Assembly: GCF_030028105.1 (NCBI RefSeq) | Contig: NC_092385.1 | Coordinates: 77,142,747 to 77,206,746 of the forward strand | Origin: Mobula birostris | Lineage: Eukaryota | Length of the DNA stretch: 64,000 bases | Reading direction: 5' to 3' | Part shown: one piece after another, positions 12,161 to 25,410 of the stretch | Layout: each line of letters opens with the position of its first letter | Numbering within the stretch: position 1 is the first letter of the stretch | Notes under the pieces: model-generated | Databases searched by the model: none | What the model was told of the DNA's origin: nothing | What the model saw: the letters and a program-made list of their open reading frames with translations, nothing else | Translations under genes and position numbers: made by a program

Positions 12161-13601
12161 CAGTAGTTTCCAGTTAATTGAGTTGTCGGTTAATTGGGAC
12201 AGCCATTTATTTGGGACAACTCTTAAACATCAATAACTGAGTTAGGAAAATAGCTGGATTCCTTTCATTTATTTGGTACACTGGTGCCGTTTAATTGGGG
12301 CAGTAGGCCCAACTGTTGCTGTAAAGATTCTAACTGCATCTCAGTGTAGTATGGCAATTGTCCCGTATCGGACCGCAAAGCACTCCAGAGTGTGGTGAAA
12401 ACTGCCCAGCAGATTATCAGCACCCAATTGCCCACCATTGAGAACATCTACCATAAACGCTGCCTGGGCAGGGCGAAAAGCATTATCAAGGATGCATCTC
12501 ACCCTAACCATGGACTTTTTACTCTCCTCCCATCCGGTAGGTGCTACAGGAGCCTCCGCTCCCGCACCAGCAGGCACAGGAAGAACTTCTTCCCTGAGGC
12601 TGTGACCCGCTGAACCTCATATCACAGCACCAAGCAATATTGCACCCATATTGTACTGTCTCAGTACTTTTATATTTGTGTGCTGTAGCACTTACTTTTT
12701 ATTCGCAGTTATTTTGTAAATATCACTATCCTTTACATTTCTGGTCAGATGCTAACTGCATTTTATTGGCTTTGTATCTGTACTCGGCACAATGACAATA
12801 AAGTTGAATCTAATCTAATTAGCATCAGTTACGTACACTTTAGTGGCTGTTAGACACTACATCGTGCTTAGAGCGATCAGTTTTTAAATAGCATCCGCTG
12901 CAAGTGTTTGTGTTCAAGAAGCAGTGGTTTTTGTCACTGATGGTTGGTGAGAACTAAGCAGTGAGACAATTCAGAACCGTTTTGCTCACTGCAGTTTCAA
13001 GCATTCAGCCTTGGAGATGCCAGAAATGGCCAGGAGTGAAAATGAAACGATTTCACTACTTCAACTGGTCAGGAATTAGGAAGAACTTGAAGGTATCAGC
13101 AATCATTTTGAATGTTACAATGCAAATGAAGATTTGGAGGATGCACTTGTCTAAAGCATTGTATGAAGGCAGTCCATTATCTGCACTGATTCCATCACAC
13201 AGTCAAAAGAATATGGTAGATGAATTCCTTCGTTGATAACTATTTCACATTTGTAGAGGCACTGGCAGTGTTCTAATTTGTTCATTAAAATACATAAATT
13301 GTTACTCAGTTAAATGGTAGTTTGTCTTTTTTATGCCTTTTAACTATTTCTATGAAATTTTGGCTAATTGGGACAGCCACTTAATTAGACTAAAATGTAC
13401 TGGTCCCCATGTACTTTATACTTTATTGTCGCCAAACAATTGATACTAGAACGTACAATCATCACAGCGATATTTGATTCTGCGCTTCCCGCTCCCTGGA
13501 GTACAAATCGATAGTAAATATTAAAAATTTAAATTTTAAATCATAAGTAGAAAAATGGAAAGTAAGATAGCCCAAAAAAAACAATTAACTGGAAACCACT
13601 G
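12161..13601 (+). mobile_element. pogo/Tigger-like non-autonomous element, copy 1, with two nested LINE 3' fragments
   Basis: TA|cagtagtttccagttaattg ... caattaactggaaaccactg|TA; nested LINE pieces at about 12325-12820 (+) and about 13410-13570 (-). Confidence 0.75.
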
Positions 13602-14175
13602 TATTACTATAGAGTAATTTACAATTTTAAATTTGAATAAATAGTACAAAAGAGGAATAGAGAAGTAGGGTTCACAGTTTATTTATAAACTCATGGCAAA
13701 GCGGAGGAGTCTGTTCCTATTATCGAAAAAGACAATCCTGATAGGTTGTGACGTAGTGTTACTGCTTTTTAAAATCAGTATTTAAAACAAAACATTTTTA
13801 CGGTTGAGTAGTAGTGGAGAATCTATCTATTTAGAAGCAATATATTTAATTTAACATGGTGGTAATCGTGGACCTAAACAATGGATTCCTATCTGCCTTA
13901 TTATTATTTTAGTAAAGTTATGCCTTCAACATTTTATGGTTGCTTATTTTCTGGGTGGCACACTTCTTTGGCTGTTCTCAAAATGGAGTCATCCTCCTTT
14001 TTCAAAATATGTAGCTTTAACAGACCCGTAGTCAGTTTCAGAAGAGCATTTCCAGTGGTTATCTCCTGACAGTTCCAGCTCCCACACATTTTTACTTTCT
14101 GATTGAGTAAACATTGATGCTAAATTGAAAAGCTATTATATATATTTTTGAAAGCATTTAAACTTTTGATTTCAG

Positions 14176-14426
14176 ATCCTCACAGACTGGCAGGATAAAA
14201 AAGGAGATAAGAGGCTGTTAAAGTTTGGGAAAGAACATGAGCATGGAACGCCACAGAAACATGGAAAGCCAAAGAAGCAGAAACTCGACGGGAAGGGCAG
14301 TCATGGAACTGGGCCTGGGCCTGGACGTCCTAAATCGAAAAATGTACAGCCTAAGATACAGGAGTACGAATTTACAGATGACCCCTTGGATGTTCCCAGG
14401 ATTCCAAAGAATGATGCCCCAAATAG
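14176..14426 (+). CDS. TADA3: TADA3 coding exon 2
   Basis: ILTDWQDKKGDKRLLKFGKEHE...PKIQEYEFTDDPLDVPRIPKNDAPN(R); cag/gtag boundaries; not in the ORF track. Confidence 0.96.
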
Positions 14427-15491
14427 GTAGGTTCTAGCTCTACCAATAGTTTGTAGCTTTGTCAGTGAGACCTGTAGGTCAGAAAAGGAGTAATGTCCTT
14501 AGTGCTCTATGGACAATTAGACCATAAGACATAGGTACTTTGTTGGGCCATTTGACTCATTGAGTCTGCTCCACCATTCCATCATGGCTGATATATCTCA
14601 TTTTCCCTTCTCCCTGAAACCTTTGATGCCCTTACCTGTCAAACTCCACTTTAAATATACACAATTACGTTGCCTCCACAGCCATCTGTGGCAGTGTCAG
14701 AGTTTATAGTACTCCCATCAGATTTACTGTACTCTGCTGGCATTATTTCATCTCCTGAGAGTGGCAAGTAAGTGGTAAGGAAAACCTGGAAGGAAAAACA
14801 ACAACATTTCTTTGATGTTGTCCACACTAACCAGAGGGGCTGAGGATTGCATACAACCTTACGGCCTGGTCTGGATAGCTACCTAGCAGGGGTGGATCCC
14901 AATCTAGTCTCTCACCTTTATCACTTTTAAGGAAAATGAAAAGTTTATTGAAATATCCAGTTCTGTAAATGTATCTCTAGTTAAGTGACTATGTCTCTAT
15001 TGTTCACTTCTTAACCATGTTAACCATAAATATTTTTTCTTTAATCAAAATTAGTTTAAATCAATGCAGTTTCACTGTTAGTTTTAAAACACCTAATTTT
15101 GTCCTTGAAACCTCTTACAGATGATGATATATTGGAAGCTTTCTAATAATTGCAAGCAGATTATATTAATTTTGTTGAATCTTACAGTTTCCTACATTTG
15201 TGAAATCTAAAAACAACAAATCTGGAAATTTAAAATAAAAACAGAACATGCTAGAGATACTAAGCAGAATAGGCAGCAACTACCAAGTAGAAATTGAAAA
15301 GAACATTTCCGTACAAATGAAATGAAAGTCATTAATCATTAAATCTTCTCTTCCGTTATCTATTACCTGGCTTGCTGAGTACCTCTAACACTTTCTGTTT
15401 TTATTTTGGCGTTTGAGTAATTATATCAATGGTGGCTCCACATTTATTGGATGTAAATAGTGAGTTGTTTGCATTTGGTCATCTGTTGTAG

Positions 15492-15597
15492 ATTCTGGGC
15501 ATCAGTGGAACCATACTGTGCTGATATAACCAACGAAGAGATCCGTATCCTCGAGGACCTTCTGAAACCGCCTGAAGATGAAGCAGAGTATTACAAG
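15492..15597 (+). CDS. TADA3: TADA3 coding exon 3
   Basis: FWASVEPYCADITNEEIRILEDLLKPPEDEAEYYK; tag/gtgaa boundaries. Confidence 0.96.
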
Positions 15598-16876
15598 GTG
15601 AACAAGCAGGGGAATGAGGGCATGGGTTGTGAAGTAAAAGTACAATTGAAGGGAAAGTTTCTTAGCAGGCTTTTGAAAGCAGGTTGGATTTACTCTTGAA
15701 GCAAGGAAGAGGAAAGTCAGCTGTGGATGTGAAGCCTAATTGCAAATTTTTGCCTGTTAGTTTAGTTGACTGATGATGCTACTAGAACACCCACAGCAAA
15801 GTAGGGTATGAGGTGGTCCAGATAGAACAGGCATGCCTATCAAAGTAGATTGTTGCCGTAGAACTTCCATTTTGGTAAAAAAAAATCATTACAAACCATT
15901 ATTGCTAAACTTAACTTAGCTTTTCTTATCTGTTTTGTGATTGTATAATGGGGGACTGACTTAATGTTGGAATGAAATTAGCAACTATTAATTGGCTGGC
16001 TTGTATTCATTAGTTTCAACTCATTTACACAGTGACCTTGGTTAACTGCTATTGGTATTTTAAGGTAAACGTGAAAGGAGGTATTAAGTGCTTTTAAAAT
16101 TTACCACTATTCCCACACGAGCAAGCAGGTTAAAATTCCTCTGATGGTTTGTTGAAGCCCTCTATAAATGGGGGCGACATTTGCACAGAGAGTAAAGCTG
16201 CAGGCATAGCCGTCTCAATCGGTCTCAGAAAGAGGCGTTGCTAAGAAGGCTGACATGTTTGGCCTGAGTAGCTGCTGGAGAGATCCTGCCTTGAACCATC
16301 CCTTTGAAGGCACTCCCCTGGCATGTTGTCATTTTGACATGACCTGAGCCAGGTCTTTTTGGGGGACGTTTGTGAGTTACTGTGTATAACAATAGCAAAT
16401 TTTCTTTTGTAAAGGTATTAGTGAAGCATGGAGTCACTTAAAAGATGAGTTTTGTTTTGTAGGCCTCACAAATGAGATGATTTATCCCATACTTCAGTTG
16501 CTTAGCTGCCGTGCTAGGATTTCGACACCTGTCTCTGTTAACCAGTGCACACCACTGGATTGCTGTGGCCTCTCGTTGCATGGTACAGCTGGGATGATTT
16601 TAATTTCTTTTGAAGTAAGAGAGAAAATGCAATGGCGAAACACGATCATTGGAAAAGCAAGGAGATTGAAACAGATGAATATATATACACATCTGGGAGT
16701 GGGAGGTCCTGTGTCATAGCCAGGCACCCAAATGGCTAAGCTCAATAGGAAAGTGGCAATGGCTGAGGCGGAAGAGGGTAGCTGTGGTCATTCTGTTGAA
16801 GTAGAGATTGGTGATCCTCAATCTTTCACCTTCCTTTCCATTACAATAATTTCCCACTGCATCCTTGTTCAAGCAG

Positions 16877-17018
16877 ATCCCTCCTTTGGGAAAACATTAC
16901 TCTCAGCGTTGGGCACAAGAGGACCTCCTGGAGGAGCAGAAGGAAGGTGCTCGTGCTGCAGCTGCAGCGGAGAAGAAGAAAGGCATGCTTGGAACTTTAA
17001 CCGAGCTTGACTCGAAAG
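16877..17018 (+). CDS. TADA3: TADA3 coding exon 4
   Basis: IPPLGKHYSQRWAQEDLLEEQKEGARAAAAAEKKKGMLGTLTELDSK; cag/gtgag boundaries. Confidence 0.96.
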
Positions 17019-18272
17019 GTGAGCTAGACCTCACTTCAGCACAGTGCACTTCACTGCAAGTGTTATTAGTCCGTTTCTCTTCATAATAATGCCAGCACAT
17101 TGAAAAGTACCACGTTTTTCTTATTTTACTTCTTGCGCTATATATAGTCACTTCATATTTCTTTTCAAGAAAGGTTTCTGGAGAGTTGCCTCAATGGGTT
17201 TACCAACTGGAAAACATCTGCTTAATGCATCTGATCTGACTGGCAGAGTGCCATTGGCTGAGCAATGGTCAGTATAATTCCCATCAGAATTTCTGGCAGC
17301 CAGCCTTAAGCTTGATCCACCCATCCTCAAATCTTGCCACCCTCACTTTCTGTTTCCCCGTTCCCAAGAAAGAAAACCAGAAAAAAACATTCACTCTGTT
17401 TTGGCACTAAACATAACTCCAGCTTTTTTTTTTTTTTTAAAAAAGTGCAGCTTATCCTGAATTTGTGTAAAACCTCTAATCAAATTAATCTGCTGAAATC
17501 CCTTATAAGTAGCTAAAATCCAAATTTGCAGCAAAAAAAAACATGATCTCAGCTTATTCTTTCTGTTCTTCTCCAGGCTGTTGATACATAAATGGCAAAT
17601 GGCACTTAGTTAGAGAGTGAAGGCAGAGGGATCCTTGAGGAGTCTGTAAAAGAAATGCAACAAGAAAAGTTGGTCTTAAATAGAAAAGAGACTTCATAAT
17701 CAGTCTGAATTAAAACAAAGTAAATGGAGAGGAAATATTCCAGCACCTGAAGGATTTTAACCAGAAGACACAGATTAAAATGATGGTTGAAGAATCAGGT
17801 GACATGCAAAAAAAAAACACATTATAGACCAAGTAGTTTGGGTTTGGAATTAGGATTTAGATACAGATTTAACAGTGACCTTCAAAGGAAGTAAAGATAA
17901 ATAGTTCAATGAGGAAAAATGGCAGCGGTGCGGGAGAGTAGAATTAGCTCGAATGTTCTTTAAAAATACTGGTCTGATTCAATGAGCTGTTTGATTTCCA
18001 GAACTTTAATTTTCTATGAAGTTTCAATGAGTTTTTCTCTTTGCTCTGGCCACTTCTAATACCAATCTCAGCTAGCAAAGTCTCTCACTGCATCTCCCTC
18101 TCAATTGTTTCTACACCTTTTTTTAAACCCAAGCTGTTTGACCACATTTATAGTCACCCTCTTTTTAGCTTTCTATTACTCTGCATCTTTTGTGACTGGT
18201 TGTGCATTATTTTCTGGGCCTTAAGATGTTATCTAGATGTATCTGTTTGTTGTAAATTTTTTTTTTTGTTAG

Positions 18273-18370
18273 ATGTGGATGCATTGCTGAAGAAGGAGCA
18301 ACACGATCAGCCTGAAGATGTTTCACCCTTTGGGCCCCTTACACAACGATTGCTCCAAGCTTTGGTGGAG
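18273..18370 (+). CDS. TADA3: TADA3 coding exon 5
   Basis: DVDALLKKEQHDQPEDVSPFGPLTQRLLQALVE; poly-T tag acceptor, gtgag donor. Confidence 0.95.
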
Positions 18371-19010
18371 GTGAGTGTTATGGCAGGACATAAATTTCTT
18401 CAAGGTCATTTGGATTCCCAGTAATATTGTACATTTTTTTAGTTTTTCAGTATCTGCATGTATGTATCCAGTGTCCATTCTGCACCTTTTAATGGTGGGT
18501 GTCGAAGAACTAAACTTGAGTCCTTTGTACTCCAGTAATACACAGCATTATTCACCTGCTGGGCCACAGGGCAACTGCGCTGGTGGAGGACCAGATTGAT
18601 TGGCTTGGAGGTCGTTGGATAGATATGTCAGCTTCATTGTGATTGTTTATTTCATTTAATTCTGAAACAGAACACGGAACAATACAGACCAGAAATAGGC
18701 CCTGCAGCCCATCATACCTACACTGATTGATGCCAGTCTAAATAATCCCATCTAGATGCACATGGTCTATTTCTCTCTTTTGTTTGTCTTAATACTTGTG
18801 AAGTGTTGCTATCATATCTGCTTCCACCACCTCTGCTGACAGCATATTCGAGGTGCCTAGCTCTCTTTGTGTAAATTTAAAAAATCTTGCCTTGCACATC
18901 TGCTTTAAGTTTTGCCCCTCTAGTCTTAAATCCTTCAGTATTTGACATTTTGATGCTGAGAAAAAGACTCTCTCTCTCTACCCCATATATATCTTTCATA
19001 ATTTTATATA

Positions 19011-19796
19011 CAGTGGATTCCACATATTTGGGACAACTTTTAAAGAACAAAATCTAATGGAGAAAATTGCTGGGATTCCCTTCATTTATTTGGGACACTA
19101 TGCCACTTAATTGAGACAGGAGACTGTTGCCGAACAGATTCTAACTAGCGTCAGTTACGCATGCTTGTGTGGCAGTTGGATGCTGCACTGTGCTTAGAGT
19201 GGACAGTTTTAAATAGCATCAGTTGTGTGTATTTATGTTCAAAAATCAATGATTTTGGTCACTGATAATTGGTGAGAAATAAGCAGTAAGACAATTCAGA
19301 GCTATTTTGCTTACTGCAGTTTTAAACATTCAGGCTTGGAGATGCTAAAGATGGCCAGAAGTAAAAATGAAATGATTTCACTACTTCGGCAAGTTAGGAA
19401 CTATGAAAATTTTGAAGGTATCAACAGTCATCTTCAATGTTACAACGGAAGTTAAGATTTGGCAGATGCAATTGTCAAAAACATTGTATGAAGGCAGTCT
19501 ATCATCTGCACCAGGTGTCTCTGCTGATTTTGTTCATTGTGTAGACTGATGAATTTCTCTGTTGATAACAATTAGTAACTAATATACAGTTTTATAGTAC
19601 TGTAGTAGTATTGGTAGTGTTCCAATTGGTTCTATATTTCATTTAAATACATAAATTGTTACTCAGTTGAACAGCAGATTGTCTTTTTTTTTATGTCTTT
19701 TTAACTATTTCCATAAAATTTTGGTTAATTTGGGCAGCCGCTTAATTGGGCCAAAATCATTGGTTTTGATGTATCCCAATTAAGCAAAATCCTCTG
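19011..19796 (+). mobile_element. pogo/Tigger-like non-autonomous element, copy 2 (inside a minus-strand CR1 fragment, about 18665-19830)
   Basis: TA|cagtggattc ... aatcctctg|TA; body aligns by eye with copies 1 and 3. Confidence 0.75.
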
Positions 19797-20820
19797 TAAT
19801 TTGATCAGGTTAGCCGTCAGCCTCTAATGTTCTGACGTTGTGTCAAGCTGCTTGACATGACAAAAGCACCACTAGATCTGAAACTGAGTTCAGATCGGTG
19901 GGGATAGGAACTGGATGTGCTGCCATCTTTTCCATGCCGCAGAGCACGTGCAGAGGTCTGAAACTTGCTGATATGTGAAGCAGTTAACCACCAGCACATG
20001 CAGTTTTTTACTTCTGCAGGGATTAATGTGCTTCTGTAACCCTGTGTCACAATTGGAATTTTACACTACTAAGAGTGAACTATCAATTTCAGGAGGATCC
20101 ATCAACTACTACCTCTTTTACCAGCCTATTTCTCATTTTCCTTCTTTATTGAAAATGCTACCTTCTTTCTGAGCTATGAAATCAAAGAAAATGGTTATCC
20201 TTAAAATATCCAAGTAGCAAAATATGATCCAACAATACTACTTGGTAGGATTATTCAATTAAGATGTAGACAATTAAGTAAAACCCAGTCATGCCATTTC
20301 CCAAAATGCTAATCTGTGTCTCTTTAATTTGAAGTGCCGAGGTCAATTAAAGTCATCCCCTTGCTACTCGGCACAGATTGGGTTTAAAGTTAGTTAACCC
20401 ATGAGTTAGTCAGAAAAGAAATGACCCCACTCTCTAACTACTTGAAGCAGTTGATAATCTGTACTGGACGTAGCATTCTTAATTAGTTATTCCTCAAATC
20501 TGTCCAAGATCACTTTATTTATTCCCGATGTGTTTTGACTAGACTGAAGGGCCAGGACAAAATTAATGCTGGGTATCACACACAAAATGTTGGAGGAACT
20601 CAACAAGTCTAGTAGAGAGTGGCCAATACCCTTCATCAGGGTTGGAAAGAAAGGGGCCAGAATAAGAAGGTGGGGGCAATTGGGAGGGAAGTAGTACAAG
20701 TGGACTGGGGATAGGTGAGATGAGAGCAGGTGATGGGAAAGTGGGATGAAGTAAGAAGCCGACAGGGGAGAGGTGGAAGACTTCATTGCTGAGCTTTTCT
20801 CTTTTCCTCTCACTTCTCAG

Positions 20821-20930
20821 GAAAATATTATTTCACCAATGGAAGATTCTCCTATGCCGGAGATGACGGGGAAAGAAGCAGGGACTGATGGAGCGAGCAC
20901 GTCCCCTCGAAGTCAGAATAAGTCATTTAG
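20821..20930 (+). CDS. TADA3: TADA3 coding exon 6
   Basis: ENIISPMEDSPMPEMTGKEAGTDGASTSPRSQNKSF(S); cag/gtaag boundaries. Confidence 0.96.
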
Positions 20931-21734
20931 GTAAGTTGTCTGGACAATAGGATTGCATTGGCTGTAAATGAAAAAAGATCTCAGGATAAATTACAGTACT
21001 GTGGCAAACGTTTTATTCAGTACTATGGCAAGTGTTTTATTCAGTACTGTGGCAAACATTTTATACAGTAAAAAAAAAATTCTGTAAGGTGAAGATGCTT
21101 TCAAGAATAAAGAAATGAGGTTTTGAAATATCAAAAAATCACCGTAAAGAGCATTAAACGGTTTAAAAAAACTAAATCAGATCCATATTTAGTGTGACCG
21201 CCCTTTGCTTTTAAAACTGCATCAATTCTCTTCGGTACACTGTCACGCAGTTTGAGAAGAAAATCAGCTGATAAGTTGTTCCAAGCATCTTGGAGAACTT
21301 GCCACGGTTCTTCTGCAGACTTTGGCTGTCTCACTTGCTTCTGTCTCTTCAGGTAATCCCAGACAGCCTGATAATGTTGAGATCAGTGCTTTGTGGAAGC
21401 CAAACCATCCAAGACACTTGTGAACCTGGAACAGTCCGGGTGATAGCACCAGAAATCAAATTGACTTTATTACTATAAACGATAGCTTTAGAAACTCAGT
21501 GACTCAATGCAAAACATATCCAGGTGCAGACTGTAATAGTGACCATAACCCATAACATTACATGTCATGTAAAAGTAAAACTTAAAAAACTAAAGAAACA
21601 AAAACCTGAACAATCCCTTGACTACTCGCAATTAATTGAAGAAGAAAACTTAAGAGAAAAATTTACAATTGAAGTAAGGAATAGATTTCAAAGTTTAGAA
21701 ATAGAATCTGTTGAAGATGATAGCAATGATAGCA

Positions 21735-22135
21735 TCTACCTTCCACCCACCCACCTACCTTCTCTCTCACCTGGTTTCACATAGTACCTGCCGGCTAATA
21801 CTTCTTCCCTTCTCCCCATCTTCCTATTCTGATTTCTTCCCTCCTTCCTTTCCACCACCGATGAAGGGTCTTGGCCTGATATGTCAACTGTTTTCACACA
21901 GAGAGTGGTGAATCTGTGGAATTCTCTGCCACAGGAAGCAGTTGAGGCCAGTTCATTGGCTATATTTAAGAGGGAGTTAGATATGGCTCTTGTGGCTAAA
22001 GGGGTCAGGGGGTATGGAGGGAAGGCTGGGGCGGTGTTCTGAGTTGGATGATCAGCCATGATCATACTGAATGGCGGTGCAGGCTCGAAGGGCCGAATAG
22101 CCTACTCCTGCACCTGTTTTCTATGTTTCTATGTA
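21735..22135 (+). mobile_element. Penelope end fragment plus young CR1 3' end, inserted in the RTE
   Basis: 21891-22135 is near-identical to the 3' end of the CR1 at 36474-36715 and has the ttctatgt tail. Confidence 0.8.
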
Positions 22136-23206
22136 GAAATGAAATTTAATTCTCTAAAAGGATGCCTTGGTAGAATCAGCAAAGTCAGCGATTCCTAAAA
22201 AAGAAAAAAGCACAAAGAATAAATGGATGACAGATGAAATCAAAACTCTAATGGAAGAAAGGAGACTGAAAAAAGCAAATCCTATGAATATAAGTCCTTA
22301 GATAAAAAAATTAAAAGCTTATGTCAAAAAGCCAAAGAAGAATGGTTAAACCAGGAATGTGAGCAAATCAAAAGAATCCCTATTACTGATCCAAAAAGGG
22401 TACATGAACAAATCAAGGATATCACTGGTAAAAAGCTCCTGTGTTCTTCAGGAGGATGTTTGAAAGCAAAGGACGATACCATTATCATGGAAAAAGATGA
22501 GATTATGAACAGATGGACTGAGTATATTCAGGAATTGTTTGAAGATGATCGAGGCGAAAAACCAGAAATTAAGAAGAACATTGAAGATCCAATTATTTTA
22601 AAATCTGAAGTTCGTAATGCAATAAATAAGATGAAGAAAGGAAAGGCAGCAGGTCCTGATGAATTAGTAATAGAACAAATTATCACCCTTGAAGATTATG
22701 GAATTGAAAAACTTACTGATTTAATCAGTGACATTTATGAGACTGAAATAATACCAGAAGAGATGAAAAAATCAGTATTTATCACTCTTCTTAAGAAACC
22801 TGGAGCAATGAATATGAATGACATAGAACCATAAGTTTCATGAGTCATATCACTAAGATACTTCTAAGAATTTTGATGACAAGAGCTGAAAGTAAGATAC
22901 AAGCTGAAATAGGTAAAGAACAATGTGGTTTTGTGAAAGACAAAGGTACAAGAAATACGATATTAATGTTAAGGATACTATCAGAACGAACTATTCAAGT
23001 GCAAAAAGATTTGTTTGTTTGTCTTATTGACTACACAAAAGCATTTGATAAAATGAAGCACAATAAGTTATTTGAAATATTACAGGAAACTCTAGATCTA
23101 GATTCGAAAGACCTCCGCCTAATCAGAAATCTGTACTGGGAACAAACTGCCGCTGTAAGAATAGATGGAGAAGTGAGTCAGTTTACGAAAATCAAGAGAG
23201 GCGTTA

Positions 23207-23669
23207 AGCCTGGTTTATACTTCTGTGTTAACTGGACGCCATAACCTATGCAAGTGACTTACGGGCGTTGTGTGCATTTATACTTGTGCGTTGGTGTGTC
23301 TGTGTCGCTCTGCAATTCACGCAAATCACACATGCGCACTCACCTGCCCGCACAAGGCTTCATGGTCATGGTAGTCTCGGGGTAAACAAGACGCTAGCGT
23401 CTTTTTTTCGTAAAAGCAAAATGTGTCCTCCATAATTTGGGAGGTCTGTAAAGTTCCTTCCCTGCCCTTCAGTCGCCCAGTGGGAAGCTATTGCAGCGTA
23501 GGAGGAAATGCGATGCTACCAAGCGGACCAATCACAGTTCTTACGTTCTGCATTGCCGCAACGCACGGTTACATTTTGGGAGAGGTGCGCGTCGCAGCAA
23601 CGCAGGCTCACGCGTCGGCTTTGCGTAGGGTTTGCGGCGATGCATTGACGCAGAAGTATAAACCAGACT
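23207..23669. mobile_element. PIF/Harbinger-type MITE (463 bp)
   Basis: TIRs agcctggtttatacttctgtgt / agtctggtttatacttctgcgt; 3-bp TTA duplication splitting the RTE codons for GV-RQG. Confidence 0.85.
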
Positions 23670-25224
23670 TTAGACAAGGGTGTGTTTTCTCCCCTGATTT
23701 ATTTAATGTGTACAGTGAAACAATATTACAAAAAATAAGAGGCATCTTGGGAATCAAAGTTGGTGGTGAAAACATCAATAATTTCAGATATGCAGATGAC
23801 ACTGTGTTAATTGCAAATACGGAGGAAGAACTACAAAACTTAATTGATATAGTTGTTGAAGAAATTGCAACAATGGGTCTATATATCAACCGCAAAAAGA
23901 AAATGTATGGTGATATCCAAAAAGAAGGAGAATCCTGTCTACAGGCTGAGAATAAATGGGGAAGACATAAAACAAGTACAGAACTTTTGCTACTTAGGAA
24001 GCTGGGTGACATAAGATGGCAGGTGCAACATGGACTTCAAAAGAAGAATAGGGATGGCAAAAGACACCTTTACGAGAATGAAGAGTATATTGACCAGTAC
24101 TAAACTAGGCATGACAACCCGCCTCAGAGTACTGAAATGTTACGTTTATAGGTTATGTTATATGGATCAGAATGTTGGACAATGTCTAGAAACATGAGGA
24201 AACGAATTGAAGCAGCAGAGATGTGGTTTTTGAGGAGGATGCAAAGAATTCATGGACGAAATGAATATCTAATGAGGATGTCGTGAACAGAGCAAGCACA
24301 AAAAGAGAAATAATGTATGAGATCATGAAAAGGCAACGTAACTTCATTGGACATGTGATTAGGAAAGAGGAGTTGGAATGCACGGTAATTATGAGAAAGA
24401 TTGAAGGGAAGAAACCAAGAGGAAGACAAAGACAAATGATGATGGAGACAGCAGCCACAGCAGAGAATTGGAAATGAATACCAGTGAATTGATCCGTTTG
24501 ACCTGAAACAGGAGTGTGTGAGCCGTGGCTCAATCTGGGCACGGCACCTGATGATGATGATGATGATGATGATGATAATAACATCTGAAACAATATTAAA
24601 AAAATCTCGGGCGCCTTAAAACTTTTACACACTACTGTATACTCTAGAAGTGTTAAGTGCTAACTTTCCTTGCACACTTAAGCTTTCTCCTAGGGCATTA
24701 CTAAATTAACAGATTGTGAAATGAAAGAAATATGTTGCTCGTATATAATCTGTGTTATATTTTATTATAAATTACTTTTTGAGGAAATTATTAGTTTTAT
24801 TGACATAAATACAAAAGTTTCCTTCATTCACCGAGATTAATGTGACCAGGTAAACACTTTGGATGTTGACCTCTTAATGTGTGGATACTAACATGTGTTT
24901 TGTTTACCTGCAGTGTGAAGAAAAATTCCAGTAAACCATTTCCGCCTTACACTTACAATTAATACTTAAACAACTTTGTAATCATAAATTTGCATATACC
25001 AGGTCTTGCTACATAGTAAGACAATTGCAGATAGTTATATAAAAAAATGCTTTGTGTAGCCTTTCTGCAGAACAAGTTTTTTTTTAACAAAAACCTAGTT
25101 TCCGCGTTGCTGTAACCTAATGTTTATTAATTGTGAGACCATTATGATAGCCATTTAATATAATGATCACTTGTCATTATTTATGATGAAAAGCTTTTAA
25201 CATCTCCTTATGTATCTTTTGCAG

Positions 25225-25410
25225 TGTTCCTCATACAAAATCTCTGGAAGCTCGAATTAAGGAAGAACTAATTGCACAGGGTCTGTTGGATTCTGAGGAT
25301 CGTCCTACTGAAGACTCTGAGGATGAAGTTCTAGCGGAACTGCGTAAACGTCAGGCAGAACTGAAAGCCCTCAGTAGCCATAATCGAGCAAAGAAACAGG
25401 AACTTCTCAG
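25225..25410 (+). CDS. TADA3: TADA3 coding exon 7
   Basis: VPHTKSLEARIKEELIAQGLLDSEDRPTEDSEDEVLAELRKRQAELKALSSHNRAKKQELL(R); cag/gtag boundaries. Confidence 0.96.

Larger units (their letters stand above)
21412..24580 (+). mobile_element. RTE-clade LINE, 5'-truncated and frameshifted
   Basis: GKAAGPDEL, SHITKILLRIL, IDYTKAFD, KRGV/RQGCVFSPDLF, FRYADD; (gat)n tail at 24551-24576. Confidence 0.9.
20994..24637 (-). mobile_element. Tc1-like transposon remnant, split by the RTE insertion
   Basis: Transposase C-terminus ...WNNLSADFLLKLRDSVPKRIDAVLKAKGGHTKY (21131-21334); TIRs cagtactgtggcaaa and ttttacacactactg. Confidence 0.7.
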
